From Lepidodermella squamata (taxonomy: Eukaryota > Animalia > Gastrotricha): 64,000 nucleotides of DNA. The translations under genes and the position numbers were made by a program. Each line of letters starts with the position of its first letter. Position 1 is the stretch's first letter. Shown here one piece after another: positions 37,799 through 49,900 of this stretch. The stretch spans positions 1,922,001 through 1,986,000 of the forward strand of contig JBLDXI010000019.1 in NCBI GenBank assembly GCA_047495785.1. The letters are read 5' to 3'. The notes under the pieces were generated by a model, which was not told where the DNA came from, searched no databases, and saw only the letters and a list, made by a program, of their open reading frames with translations.

Positions 37799-40462
37799 TC
37801 ATAGCAAATCATATACGGGTCCAGTCGATGTTTGCGGCAATGGCCGACCGCTGTAGTCGTCAAAAGCGCAGCGTGCCGGTTTCGTCCAGGGTATCAATCG
37901 CCGTGTAGGTGCCAAGGAAAAATGCGAAGCCGACTCGCCAAATCCACTTCGAGTAATAATGAGAAAGTCCATTCTAGTCAGCAGCATCCAGTCGACGTAG
38001 GTTTTCGCCGCCTCGAACCAACTTGCATCGTCCATTGCCGCCGTTTCCGACATATGATCGATGTGGCGAGTAGTTAAATTGTAGCCTTTATCAGTGTTGA
38101 ACATTTTAACTCGGTGGGTGCCATTTGAGGTGCCGAGGGATAGCAAATTTCCTAATTCGGCCTGCAGATCTGTGTAGACTTTGTCCCAATCTGTTGTCAT
38201 GAAAATTGTGACATCTCGGCCGCTGAATTCAGGCAGTTCTATTATAAGGCGGCGAACTTCGTTCGCGTAGCACTTCAGCTCGTCGGGTTTGTAATAGTTC
38301 AAGTTGTCGAGACCTATCAATAAACAAATTTGAAAAAGGCACTGTTATATGAAAATCAAGTAAATAAGAAGAAAATTAAAAATTGCTGATTTTGGTATAG
38401 TGACTCCCCGTAGCCATCCTAACCCTAACGATCACCCGAGCTCAAACCTCAAACTTAAGCTCAATCCTAACCCCAAAGTCTACAATATATGTGATATCAG
38501 CCATCCGAATTTTCTGGAATTTTACGAGTACCTAAACATAAGGCCTGGTCTTTACTTTGAAAAAGCAACACAGTCATGATAAAAAATCCTCCATCTGGTT
38601 CTGCTAGTTTAGTACGTTCATGGCGTGAAATAGATGAATTTCCGAATTTTTAAAGGGCCTAAACTAATTTTTCGAAACTTCCAAGGATATCGTGATTGAT
38701 CAGCATCTGAAGTTACAACGAATCACGAATCATTTAGGCTCATTATTCACTGTAGAATAAACACGTTGCCCTCTATTTTGTGGCAGTATTCGAGAAGCGA
38801 CCTAAGACTTACCGTAAATTGGGACAAAATGGCCTCGGGATAAAATGACCCTCTGGTTTTTTCGCATTTTTACACGTTTCAGAGGGTCCCGAATTTAGGG
38901 TTTCGAATTTATAGGAAAAGCTCAATTTTCTCCAGGTTTGGGGCAAATTGCACAGGTGATTTGGGGTAAATTGGCCAAGCTTACCCTTATAATGGGTTTT
39001 TAATATTTACTGATTATGAGGGTTGAATGGGGTCGCCTGGGGTCGCGATTTTTTTGCTGTCATCTACGACGAAAATTGTAGAAGGAATGTCATCTGAACA
39101 TCAAACCTTATGATTGGCTGGAAATCCAATTTAAAGGAGTCATTTTTATCTCTCTAAACTCACCTTTATACAACAACATGCTGTGACCTCATTTTGGGAC
39201 ACACCTGGCTAGAAATTTGCAAGCTACATAGCGAAGGCTTGTTGATAATCGTTCCCGTGAATTTTTGTAAAGTTTGCCCAAATAGTTTTTGAGCCATCGA
39301 TAAAAATGTTAAAACTTCAAGTTTTGGCAAATCAACCCCAAAGATTCATTTTGCCCCTAACGACGGTATTAAAAATGAGTTTCCTCAGCAGGCGAATGAT
39401 AAATTTGAACTTACGATACGTTCTCAACTGAATGCCAAGTTTGACAGATCTGTCCCAATATTTGCGCCCAACACTTTCTTCGATAATTTCATCCAGCAAA
39501 GCCGCCAATTTTACATTCGGCCTCCCGAATAAAACTCGAAGTGCCGCTGAAATCGCAACATTCAAATCTTTCGTTGTCTCCACCAAACCAGGCGCGTTTC
39601 TGTTGAACGCCTCCTCAAAGCCCTTATTCTTCAGAAGAGCATCCAGACCTGCATGTCTATTCGTGATCAGCTTCAAATACTTGAATTTCGCATAATCATA
39701 GGTGAAATTCTGATTTTCAAACGTTTTCACGTACAGATCATTGCTCATATCGCCGCGATGAGCCAGCCATTTTGTGTTATTAGCATTCGACGGATCGTCA
39801 AATAACTGTTTATATAACTCACCATCGACGTTATACAAATGTTCGTTGACCTGGAAAAATTCCACGACATCAGTCGGCCGGCGCCAGTTGAAGTGGAAAA
39901 CGCGATCGGTGGCTAAGGCGAGGTAAAACGCGATGACTACGCCTCGCAACCTATCTCCGAACCCGGCGCACTTGAGTTCGCGAATCATGCCTGAACAGGG
40001 TCCAGTAGGGTCTCGGTTGCTCAAAGCCGGGTACATGAAATCGAGACATATCGAACTGTCGTAGGGGTCGAATTTGCATGTTGAAGTGACTGTTGCCACA
40101 GATTTCGACGATTCTAGCTGTAAATTCATTCGGATAAGGTAATTTCGCCGTATTGATTGAGCGAGCTCTTCAGCTTTCACTTGATTCGGCCGTAATGGGA
40201 CGGGTTTAACGGTTGTTGATTCGATGGCAACCTCCTCGTCGTATGATTGCGGCAAATCGTCATCGGTTCGATTTGACGAAGATGAAAAGAAATCGATGAT
40301 ATTTGATTTAAAATCAAAGTTGAGGATAACTTGAAGGGTAGGTGATTTGATGACAAAATTTCGGCTGATGTTAGGCGAAATTCCGTAGAGTGTGAATAAC
40401 AGTGAAATCAAGCTGAGTGATATAGTCAAGGTTACAAGGCATTTATTTGAACCTGGTGCCAT
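37799..40462 (-). CDS. Fucosyltransferase-clan protein, copy 2, ~520 aa; exons 40462-39415, 38313-37799
   Basis: TM anchor; CAGFGDRLRG, KLGIQLR, FMTTD, DWMLLTRMDFLIITRSGFGESA; phase-1 intron right after the QLR motif. Confidence 0.82.
38812..39366. mobile_element. Pogo/Tc1-like MITE in the intron of fucosyltransferase copy 2
   Basis: TA|CCGTAAATTGGGACAAAATG ... CATTTTGCCCCTAACGACGG|TA, with internal GGGGCAAA-type repeats. Confidence 0.65.
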
Positions 40463-41690
40463 TTCGGTATGCTGCGTATAGCGAAACGATTAAGACTTGA
40501 ATAATCACGTTTGCACACAAGTGCAATGGGATGAATTTTCATTAATTATTTAACCCGAGATGTGAGAGAAAGAAGATTGATCTATGTAATCTTTTTGTGC
40601 CTTCGGTGCAATAATCAGGTGAGATATTGATCTGAGCTTATTACAGGTCAGATTAATAAAAAATAGAACGAATATTGGCGTGTCCAATCAATAAAGCTAT
40701 TTTTTATAGTTGCCCTACTTCAGCCAGAGTAATTTCGGGGGTAGATATATAATTAACCGTGGTAGGTAATGGACACGGCGCCTTTCGAAATGCAGCAGTT
40801 TCTCCGCTAAAAGAAACGACCACCGATCGTGATAAACTCTTTAATTCGGTAAAATAAAATCTGTCGCCCCAAAATCAAGATCAATAAATGTTCGCCCTCA
40901 TTTTAAATAAGCGCGCCCTCAAAGTAAGCAAAGCCGCCCCGATTGCGCAACTGTCGCCCCTCAATGGCGAATGTTCGCCACAAGTGCGAGCCTCAGAATA
41001 AAACCATAGAATTTATTATTTACTACAAAATCTTTTACTCAGTTTTTTCATATTTTCCTCGCTCATAACTTCCAAAAATGGAAAGCGCGGTGCTGCGGCT
41101 CAACTAATTGCTGTTTGCGAGTAGTATAACTAATTGCATTCTTGTGAAGCCGTCCACCCACTTTTATCGCCCACGGCGAATTTTTTACGCCCATACGTAT
41201 TTAGATAGAACTCGATGTGCTGATCATTTTGGTGAAAACCGCATGACGATACGACACTCCTACGCTTGGGCGTAACGCTGGGCGCAGGCTTCACATTTTG
41301 CGCGCGTTGTGTGAAGCTGTCAACCCATCTCGCCACCCATTGTTATGATCAGCGTGCGCGCGCACGCAATAGCGAGAAAAGGAAGAGTTACTTCATTTGC
41401 GTCATAGCGCACTTTCCTTCTTTATTTTTCTCGAGCTTCATCATGACGATGACTTCCATACAATTTGAAATCATAAATTAGATTGATTGAAAGCAACAAA
41501 AATTTTCGCTGGAATCAGCAGCAGCAGTAAGAGTCAATAAAATATTGCCATGTTTTCAGAATTATCGTCTGGATTTTAACAAATATTGAAATATTGTAAT
41601 GTAACTAACGGCTTTAACAATCATCGATAAGATCTGAGATACATCAAGTAAGTATAAAATGAAGTATTTCAGACAATTAATAATTTTGAG

Positions 41691-42992
41691 TTATTGACGT
41701 TTAAGCGAAACAATGGGTTCAAAATGGCCGCTAAGGCCGAAGCCAGAGAATTTTAGGAAAATGGCGCCATTAGAATGGTCAAAAGCAATTGTATTATTTG
41801 CACTTGAAGTGTCATAATTTAAGGCAATCACATTCTCGTAAGTATAACGGTGCCAGCCGCTTCGAGTGGCGCCAGCGATGCTGGAGTGCTCGGCGCCGTA
41901 GATGAATATTGGTATTTGAAACAGGGCCGCGGCGGCGTGTACTTCTGGGCCATCGGTTGGCTGCCCGAGCTTGAAAGGCTTGTGGCTTTTCAGGAATTGG
42001 TTTATTGATTTGTGTTTCGTGTGGTCCAGGCATCCTTTGAAGAGTTCAGCATTCTCGGCCAGGTATGCGCTTATCGCCGCTCGTACCTGGTAATTGAAAT
42101 TTTATTCATTAGAATTCACACTTTTTTCAAGAACTAGAATCTTAGAATATTTCAAAATTCACGTTTTTCACGTTTTTCTCAAGTTTCTGAACTTTTAGTT
42201 CAGGTATTTTAATATTATTGAAGCCCTGAAATATTGTAAAATTCCCTTAATTTATTGTGACAATTCGAGACGTTTTCGAGCTATTTTTCTACTGCAAAAT
42301 TTCTTAATAATTTCCTAGCCCTAACTCTATTTTTTTTAATTATTACCTTCGGATGTTGTTCGGCATCGTTGAAAAGCCAGAACGCTATTGATCGAGGGAA
42401 GCAGTTGCCGTCGCCCTTAGTTGGCCAAGTTTGAAAGGGGATGCTGCGCTCCCACGAAATTTGAGGGCAGCTTTTAACGTTAGCCAAACGCTTAGGAACC
42501 AGCGAATGGTCGAGTCCGCAAAGAGTCGCAGCTCGAAGGCGGGATTCATAACTTGGCGGTAAGAACTTCGGGTGAGAGATTGAACGATTTCGTTGATTGT
42601 TACTCGGCTTGTATTTTTCATTCGCTAGATTCACTGTGGAGTTTGCCGAATCTGAAATATCCAAAAATGAATGAAAATGAAATGAAAATTTCAAATAAAT
42701 CTTACCATCTGAAATTACAGCAGGTTCCGAAGTTGGAAGTTCAGCTGGTTTCGGTTCCACATTGTTCGACTTTCTTCGTTTCGCCGGGATAGGCAGATTC
42801 TTCCGAGGGCTAGGCGATGGAATCGGCGGCAAGGAATCTGTAGAATAATTAAGGTGGAATAAATCAGTTGACATCACAGGAAATTCATACCTTGGCTGTG
42901 ATCAGCTTTCGATTCTGAAGCCGAGGACAAATCGATGAACACTTTCCTTTTCTTGGATCTTCGCGTTACCAAGACCGAATCATCGAAAACAT
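41691..42992 (-). CDS. OTU-family cysteine protease (deubiquitinase-like), 5' end unresolved; exons 42992-42891, 42837-42706, 42651-42347, 42086-41691
   Basis: KGDGNCFPRSIA...HPKVR...EVHAAAALFQIPIFIY...GHFEPI gives the OTU Cys and His boxes; four exons splice in frame; basic NLS-like KKRK and KRRK. The last exon's frame is absent from the ORF track. Confidence 0.8.
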
Positions 42993-43559
42993 CTGCAGGG
43001 CAAGAAACAGTTGAAAAATACGATTTAAATGAAAAATAGGATATTCAAACCTCACTCATCTATCAATAATGAATAATGACTCTGAACAAAACGTTATCTC
43101 TTAGTTAGTAAAGATATTAGTCGATTCTCTTAAAAATTTCCAAACTTTAAGTTACCTATTTTGCATTAGGGTTAGAGGATCTCGAAAATGAGATGTGAAC
43201 TCATGGCGAGAACAATGCGAAAAATTAAAAAAAAATCGAGATTTACTATCAAATAAGGCACTTGTTAATGGGATTAAAGATCTGGAGAAATTTTGTCCAA
43301 TCGGGTAAGATACCGAAAATTACAGAACTAATTACCATCAGGGTTTTCCGGATATTCTCCGGGAAAAATAAATCTCGGTTAAATCACGGCTAAAAGACGG
43401 AATTTCCTCTCAAATTAACAAAATTTGTGAAATTTCCTACAAAAAGCTGCCAAGTTAAAAAATAGTTGCCCTACTTCCGGGACACTTAGATTTACTTTCC
43501 TTCCCGAATAATATCTAACGGAAAATAATCTACTGGAAAATGGTAAATGGGATTGACTT

Positions 43560-44385
43560 GCGTCAAATTATTCTGGGTTTGTGACGGGGAACTCCCGTTG
43601 TCGTAGGTCGTGTTCCGTCTGTCCGTCTGTCCGTCGTCAAGGAGGATGTATTGTGAGCTTAAAAAATGTTCGTGTGTGTATGTGTGCGTGTGTGCGTGGA
43701 GGATTACTAAGTAATTACTAAAAATGCGCTGCCACTCGATGCTGCGTGCAGTTGTGCGCACGACGCCGGCGCAAACTTGAGACATGGCGTCATCGGTCGT
43801 CCTGTTTTCAATCCTCCTATGAAAAAGCTCCCGTGCACATGCAATTCATACTATTTTTAAGCATGCGACAGGGCAACATAGTCTGCGACTACCGGTGGTA
43901 GCACATTCACACCCGATTACGTTCTTTTGTAAAAACCCTTCTCTGCATGCGCTCTATTTTTACCGAATAAGCAAATGTGACTAACACGTAAATGTTCAAA
44001 TACTAGCACATTCGTAGTTTGTAGCTCATCTTGAATTGAAGCCCTTCTGAGCAACGACACATTGACTTGCAAGCCCATCTCGAATAATAGCCCGGGCTGT
44101 TACATAACTTGATAAGCTGCGTGATATGGACCCTAATGTCGAGTGGTGTAGGTGGCGGTTACCGAATGATTCTCAAATGAAGAATCAATTGCATCTGGCA
44201 ATTACGCCGTCGACGCGCGTGGGTAACACGTTACATGGCTATGCGCAATGCTGAGCAGCAAGTCAAGGATGTGTAAGAAAACTTCGTACGTAGGTTATGC
44301 ATGTGCAAGGTCACACGTGCCCAAGTACTTGGCACGGAGTTCCCCGTCAACTGTCAAAGGCCGCAGGCCGACAGTGGTAATCTGA
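43560..44385 (+). mobile_element. DINE-1/HINE-like non-autonomous Helentron
   Basis: Subterminal inverted repeats TGACGGGGAACTCC (43582) and GGAGTTCCCCGTCA (ending 44349), GTCY microsatellite at 43616-43636, 3' hairpin CTGTC-aaa-GGCC-gca-GGCC-GACAG. Confidence 0.6.
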
Positions 44386-44879
44386 TGCTTCGAAAATTGC
44401 GTCGGTCTGATAGAAATCAAAACTATAGTCGGCGCTAGCACTAAGCCTAAAACTAATAACATTTTTCAGATCAAAAAGCTATATATTTTGGTAAAATTAG
44501 AAACGCTCTCCTACATGTTTGTCATGTCTCGGAACTTAAATGGGCCGCATTAAAGCGTGGAATGAAAAAATGGTGTAAAATGTAGCGTATGGTATTAAAA
44601 GCCTAAAAATAAGTAAATGTCTAACCTTCGATAGTTTGCCGAGTCGATCGCGTATTTCGACCCATGGCCGTGCGTTCAGCTCTTAGTTTAATCAGATCAA
44701 TAACAAAAGTGATTAATAAACTAAAACAATAGGAAAATTTGTTATCTGTTTATTCGTTTGTGAGCTGATAGTAACGAAAATCGATGGAGCGTGGAGGACA
44801 ATAGGGAAAAGCTAGCTGCGGTAATCAACAAAAATGATTAGGGATGGGATGGGAACAGAGTCATAGGGTCTCGGATCTC

Positions 44880-44918
44880 AGGTATAGGATATAGGATATA
44901 GGACATAGGACATAGGAT
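44880..44918. repeat. 7-mer tandem repeat (ATAGGAY)n
   Basis: About five copies read directly. Confidence 0.8.
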
Positions 44919-45231
44919 TAAGAAATTCTACATGTCCGACAATCATTTCACCCGGTTTTTTCCTATTACGAGTCCATTTACGCTTTGCGTGATTATTTTT
45001 GAGGCGGCTTAGAAGCGCCGCCCGCCCAGCGAAGAGATAGGCGCGCGTGATCACCGTCGCCATCACGCTACAACAAGGTGCACAGGTGCGCCGGCACCGC
45101 TTTGATCACAGCGCTGCCGCTTCAACAATCAGCAAGCTCTGGAGCTGTATGGATCTTGATTTCTATCATTTTCAAGTTGATTATCATCTGCCACTGCCAT
45201 AATATCATGAAAAAAAAAATTCGAAAATTCC

Positions 45232-45535
45232 TTTTTTATTATTGAGACGTCCCATTCGTTGAATGGATGGGCCGAAGCCATGGGTCCCGAATGAGCGCTC
45301 TTAGGGTCGCTTGTTGGGGTCTCTTGAGGACAGCTCGGTAGCGATTAGTGCAGTCTCGCTGACACTCCTAATCTACCACTTTTCACTTTTGTAACACGAT
45401 GGAGTGGTCGGCCACCGTCGGGGTAGAGCGTCATTGATAAACCACGGTCGACCCGGGTGGGGATCGAACTCGTGCCCATCGATCTTGACGCTCAATACAC
45501 AGCAGACAGCTATCCACTGAACTACTGTGTGCCCC
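45232..45535 (-). mobile_element. tRNA-derived SINE
   Basis: Pol III A box TAGTTCAGTGG, B box GAGTTCGATCC, ~200 bp body and AATAATAAAAAA tail; no proper cloverleaf. Confidence 0.7.
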
Positions 45536-46945
45536 TGAATATCATGAATATTTCGTCAAAATAACCACTCGGAAACGCCTTCCAATTCATCACTTTATTC
45601 AGTTCAAATAACCGCGGCCTTGAAAAATATAATGACAGTATGGAATAAAATAATAACAAAATGTAATCCTGGTGCCGAAAAAAATAGTATTCATACGCGC
45701 CATTACACGAATCAAGCGCGTACACAATGACGCGAACAATGGGTGGCGAGATGGGTTGACAGCTTCACACAACGCGCGCAAAATGTGAAGCCTGCGCCCA
45801 GCGTTACGCCCAAGCGTAGGAGTGTCGTATCGTCATGCGGTTTTCACCAAAATGATCAGCACATCGAGTTCTATCTAAATACGTATGGGCGTGAAAAATT
45901 CGCCGTGGGCGTTAAAAGTGGGTGGACGGCTTCACAAGAATACAAATTGCGGGTATTCTCGGCCCTGCCAGATGAGCTGCTAGCTCATTTTTTATCCAAA
46001 CTGTTCGAATAGTACCTTGAAGATGGCAGTGCGATGGGCTATCGGTGGCGCGGTCTTTGAAGCATTTGATTTGAAACCAATCCCAAGGCCGAAATGGCGA
46101 CATTATTATCGATCATGTCGCCACACGTTACAGGTTAACGTTAACGGTTGAACCATCTAAACGCTGATCGCTGATCTAAACGCTATTTTTAGGGCGGCTG
46201 TGGCAGCCGGTCATTCTCTTTGCATAGCTCTTAGCTGTCTATAAGGTCATATCGCAGATTTTTTACAACAGAACTGGACAGCAAAGTTAGCTAGCTAATG
46301 AGTTACGCCCGCAACGAGTTGATTGTCACAGCGACCGAGTTTAACGACCGGACATAACCTCACACAACTTTATAGCTTTCCGGCGTGTAAACACTCGGAC
46401 GCCGATAATCCCTTGATCCCGCGACAGTAAAGCGCGGCGAGCTTGCAACACTTCGACTTCTTTCGGTTATTTCGGATTTAGGTATTTCGGTTCATATACC
46501 GGTTCGCCCGATGTACTGCTGATTCAAATAAAGAAATAGAGGTGCGACTAATAGGTATCATCATCAAATCAGCGCGAAATAGGTTTCTTTTTATTCAAAC
46601 GGGGCGAAGTTTTATATTCTAGGGCGGCTGATTTTCATGCAGGCGCGGCCTTTCGCTGTAAGGGGCGGATTAAGGTGGATTAGTGCGGTGATTACGCAAT
46701 GAATTTATTTATTTTTGGGCGACACAAATGGGGCGAACTTTTACATTTTTGGGCGACAGATTTACACGCACCCTTTTTAATTTGTTTGAATTTATTTCAT
46801 TTGATCGCAAGCAAGAATCAATAATTTTACCATTTATGGCAAAAGTAAAATAACATAACTTTATGCGGTAAAAAAACGAAAACAGCGAAGTTAAAATTTA
46901 CAATTAATTATTTCTTATTTCATAATTTTAAAGCATCGAATCTTT

Positions 46946-49900
46946 TTACATATCAATAGCATTCGAGAGAATTAGGATGATTTTTTGTTGTTCTTCAGAA
47001 TTGTTCATATACTTATCGCTAGGGTTTTTAGCCAAGTCAAGCGCAGTTTGGCCTTTCTTGTTCTTCATATTAGCACCAGCTTTGAATTTCCTGATTAGAA
47101 GACCAACAACAGCTGGTTCCAAATGAATAGCGGCTGTCATTAAAGGTGTATCGTCATTGTCGTTAGCCGCGTTCACATTGGCTTTGAATTTGCCAGCCAT
47201 AAGTTCCACTATTTCAACATTGCCTTTCTTCGCTGCTGCATGAAGTGCCGTGCCATTGCATTCCCAGTATCTGCCGTTAACATCAAGCCTCAATCGTTCG
47301 CTGTTTAGCAGTTGTTCCATTCTAACTGCATCATTTCGAAGTGCACATCGCACAAATTCCTGTCCAAATAGGAAAAATGTGATATAGGATAAGAAATGTC
47401 AAATGTCTAATTGCAGTGTGTAGTAAACTAAAAAAGCTCCCAAAATGTACAGAGGAAGAAACCTTCCATTGTTCCATTCCAGCGCTCAACAATGGGATTT
47501 ATGCTCAGTAGATAAATAAATAACCTTGATGGCATCCTCTTTGCTTTTTGGGACTGGCTTCTTTGCTTGGGTTTCGGCAGAAATATCGTTGCGCAAAAAC
47601 TTATGAGACAGAGCTTGATCAATGGTCGGTCGGCTGCTGCTCTCCTTCTCCAAAAATGACATAATGAACTCACGGCATCCGGCGGAATAGCCACGAGATT
47701 CGTCAAATGGCCGGGGCGGACTTCTGAAAGGCAACAGGATGATGGATAGTCGATTGTGGCAACATTTTTAGAAAGTGATAATGAGCTGTGATTTTACTGA
47801 AGTCGACTACGAGAGCTAGTTTCAATCGATCAAAGAAAGATCGGAGGAAAAACTGCCCGTAGGAGCAAAATACGGCTACATTCCGTGAGATGAAATAAGC
47901 TAGTGAGCTGGCTCCGTAACGCGGAACAGGGCCGGATCATTCATTAAGCAAATAAGTTGCCTTAGGGTCCGATAAAATTGTGACACCTCAGATAAAAACT
48001 ATCCAGTATGCGGCATGATCGCGCACTGGCACGGAATACACGATCCTTAAACGATCTACGAAGCTGCTCCGTAACATGAAACAAAATCCGAATTACGCCA
48101 TGCATTTCGTGCATACATTAAACGTTACACGCCAACAACGGTTTAGACGGTTCACACAACTTTCACTGTACGAAATGCTGTTCACTGTGAAAAATGCTGT
48201 TCATATTCGTATTAATTGCCGATTCCCCCTTCACTCTAAATGCGGGTCAATCTTACAAAGGAAGGCGTACGCGGCTATGACGCTTCTCATTCGTTCTTCA
48301 GATGCTCCTTCTTCCCGTTAAGGATTTAAAGCTGAAGGGAAAATGCGCTAAAATACAGTGAAAATGAACGTAGGTCCAGAAGGCGGATAGATTTCTTAGA
48401 TCCGACACCTCGATCCAGATTATCGATGCCTGACATCGGATTACGAAATTTTATTCGTATCTTGTTTCGTCAGACGGAACAGCTCATCCGTATTAACGGT
48501 TACGGATTACGTATTCTGTATTACGAAGCTAGCTTGCTTGTATATATTTTGTCATCTTACGGAATTTGGTCGTATATTGCTTTTACGGGTGTCAGAAAGG
48601 AGACATTTGGACGGCTCTACGACAATTTAGCAATAAAAAGATAAAATCCGACATTTTTTCTGCGACATTCAATCAAAACAACATAAAAAACGACATTATA
48701 TAAAACGTAAAACTAGGGCCGACAATTTGGCAATCTTAATTAAGCAAAGACATTTTTAAATAAATATTCATATGAATTTATTTATGTAGTAGCCTTCAAA
48801 GGTAGCACCGACTTCAACAAAAAAGTCACGTAGGGAACAAATTACAAAAAAACAAATCAGCAGCGACAAAATGTAGGTTTCTTTGATAATGAGTGAACCG
48901 ACAAATTAGCGATAGGGGTACGGTTAGGTATGGTGAAGGTAGGTATGATAGAGGTACATGGTGCTACCGTGGATCGGTATTGTAAGTTTTAGCATCGGCC
49001 ACTCTTGGTCAAAGTCGACAAATGACTGCCTAAACAGCGTAGTTACATTCGTTTGATCTCCTAATTTCATCACTTCTGCTCAATTTTTTCTCGTAAAGCT
49101 AGAATGTTTTCTTTGCGGAAATGGTGGTGAAATTAGTTACTTTTAAAAAGTCTGTGTCAGATTTGTCGTCGCTAGATTGTCGTTCTCATTATTTCGGTCA
49201 AAATATTATGTAATGTAAGCAAGGCGAATTTTAACATGTTGTCGGAATTATTTGTGCTTTGCCAAATTGTCGTTTTATAAATTATTTTGCTAGATTGTCG
49301 TAACGCGATTTGGACTTACTTGAGAATGTTCGCGCAAACTACCATCTCTGGCCATCCGTTGAACTGAAACACAATATAAGCTTTCTAAATGATTATCAAG
49401 TATCTCGTTTTTGATCACACTAACAGGCTTAACAAAATTTGCTGTTTCATAGAGAGTCACGCCAAACGACCACATGTCACAGGGCGGCAGATAATTATAG
49501 GAAGTGAGGTAATCCGGAGAAGCGTAATGCCAGGAAGCGACACCTATTGTCTTCTGAGTCGACGCAGCCCTGTTTACAAAAGCAGAAATTGAAAGTAAAA
49601 TGTTGTCACTTATCAGAACAACCGACTGAAAATAATATGCGAGAGAAGAGAAAATTAGATATATAACCATAATTGCTTATTCTCGCAGGACCGGCAAAAA
49701 TGTAACCGCTTAGTGGAAATACTCTCCCCACCTTCAGAATACTGTTATTTTATGAAATTAGTCCCAGTCCAAAAGAATCTTCATAAAGTGTCCCTCATTA
49801 TTCCCATCCGGATCTTACTCGTTCAGGTCTTTTGCGATGCCAAAATCGCCGAGTTTGACTGTCAATCCGTCTCGGCTCAGAAAGATATTTTTTGGCTTGA

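Larger units (their letters stand above)
41138..45941. repeat. 207 bp inverted repeat pair, 41138-41344 and 45735-45941
   Basis: Direct comparison shows only two mismatches. Confidence 0.93.
40847..46773. mobile_element. 5.9 kb Mutator-like (Pack-MULE-type) element, no transposase recognised
   Basis: Imperfect termini sharing AAATCTGTCGCCC at equal offsets; CGCC/GGCG subterminal arrays; 9 bp flanks TCTTTAATT and TTTTTAATT (one mismatch); internal 207 bp inverted repeat. Confidence 0.65.

Noticed and set aside
38415-38475. CCTAAC telomere-like repeats
   Set aside because: Only a few degenerate units inside an intron.
20593-40462. Bacterial contamination or a recently transferred operon as the source of the glycosyltransferase cluster
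   Set aside because: Every gene has spliceosomal introns, a type II anchor and host transposons; ancient transfer cannot be judged without phylogeny.
45440-45535. Possible tRNA gene (also a weaker A/B-box pair near 51830-51900)
   Set aside because: No acceptor or anticodon stems; the first continues into a SINE body and tail, and the second has a degenerate B box.
41130-46012. Twin ORFs beginning MARWVDSFTQRAQ on opposite strands
   Set aside because: They are by-products of the 207 bp inverted repeat, start at GTG and diverge as soon as the repeat ends.
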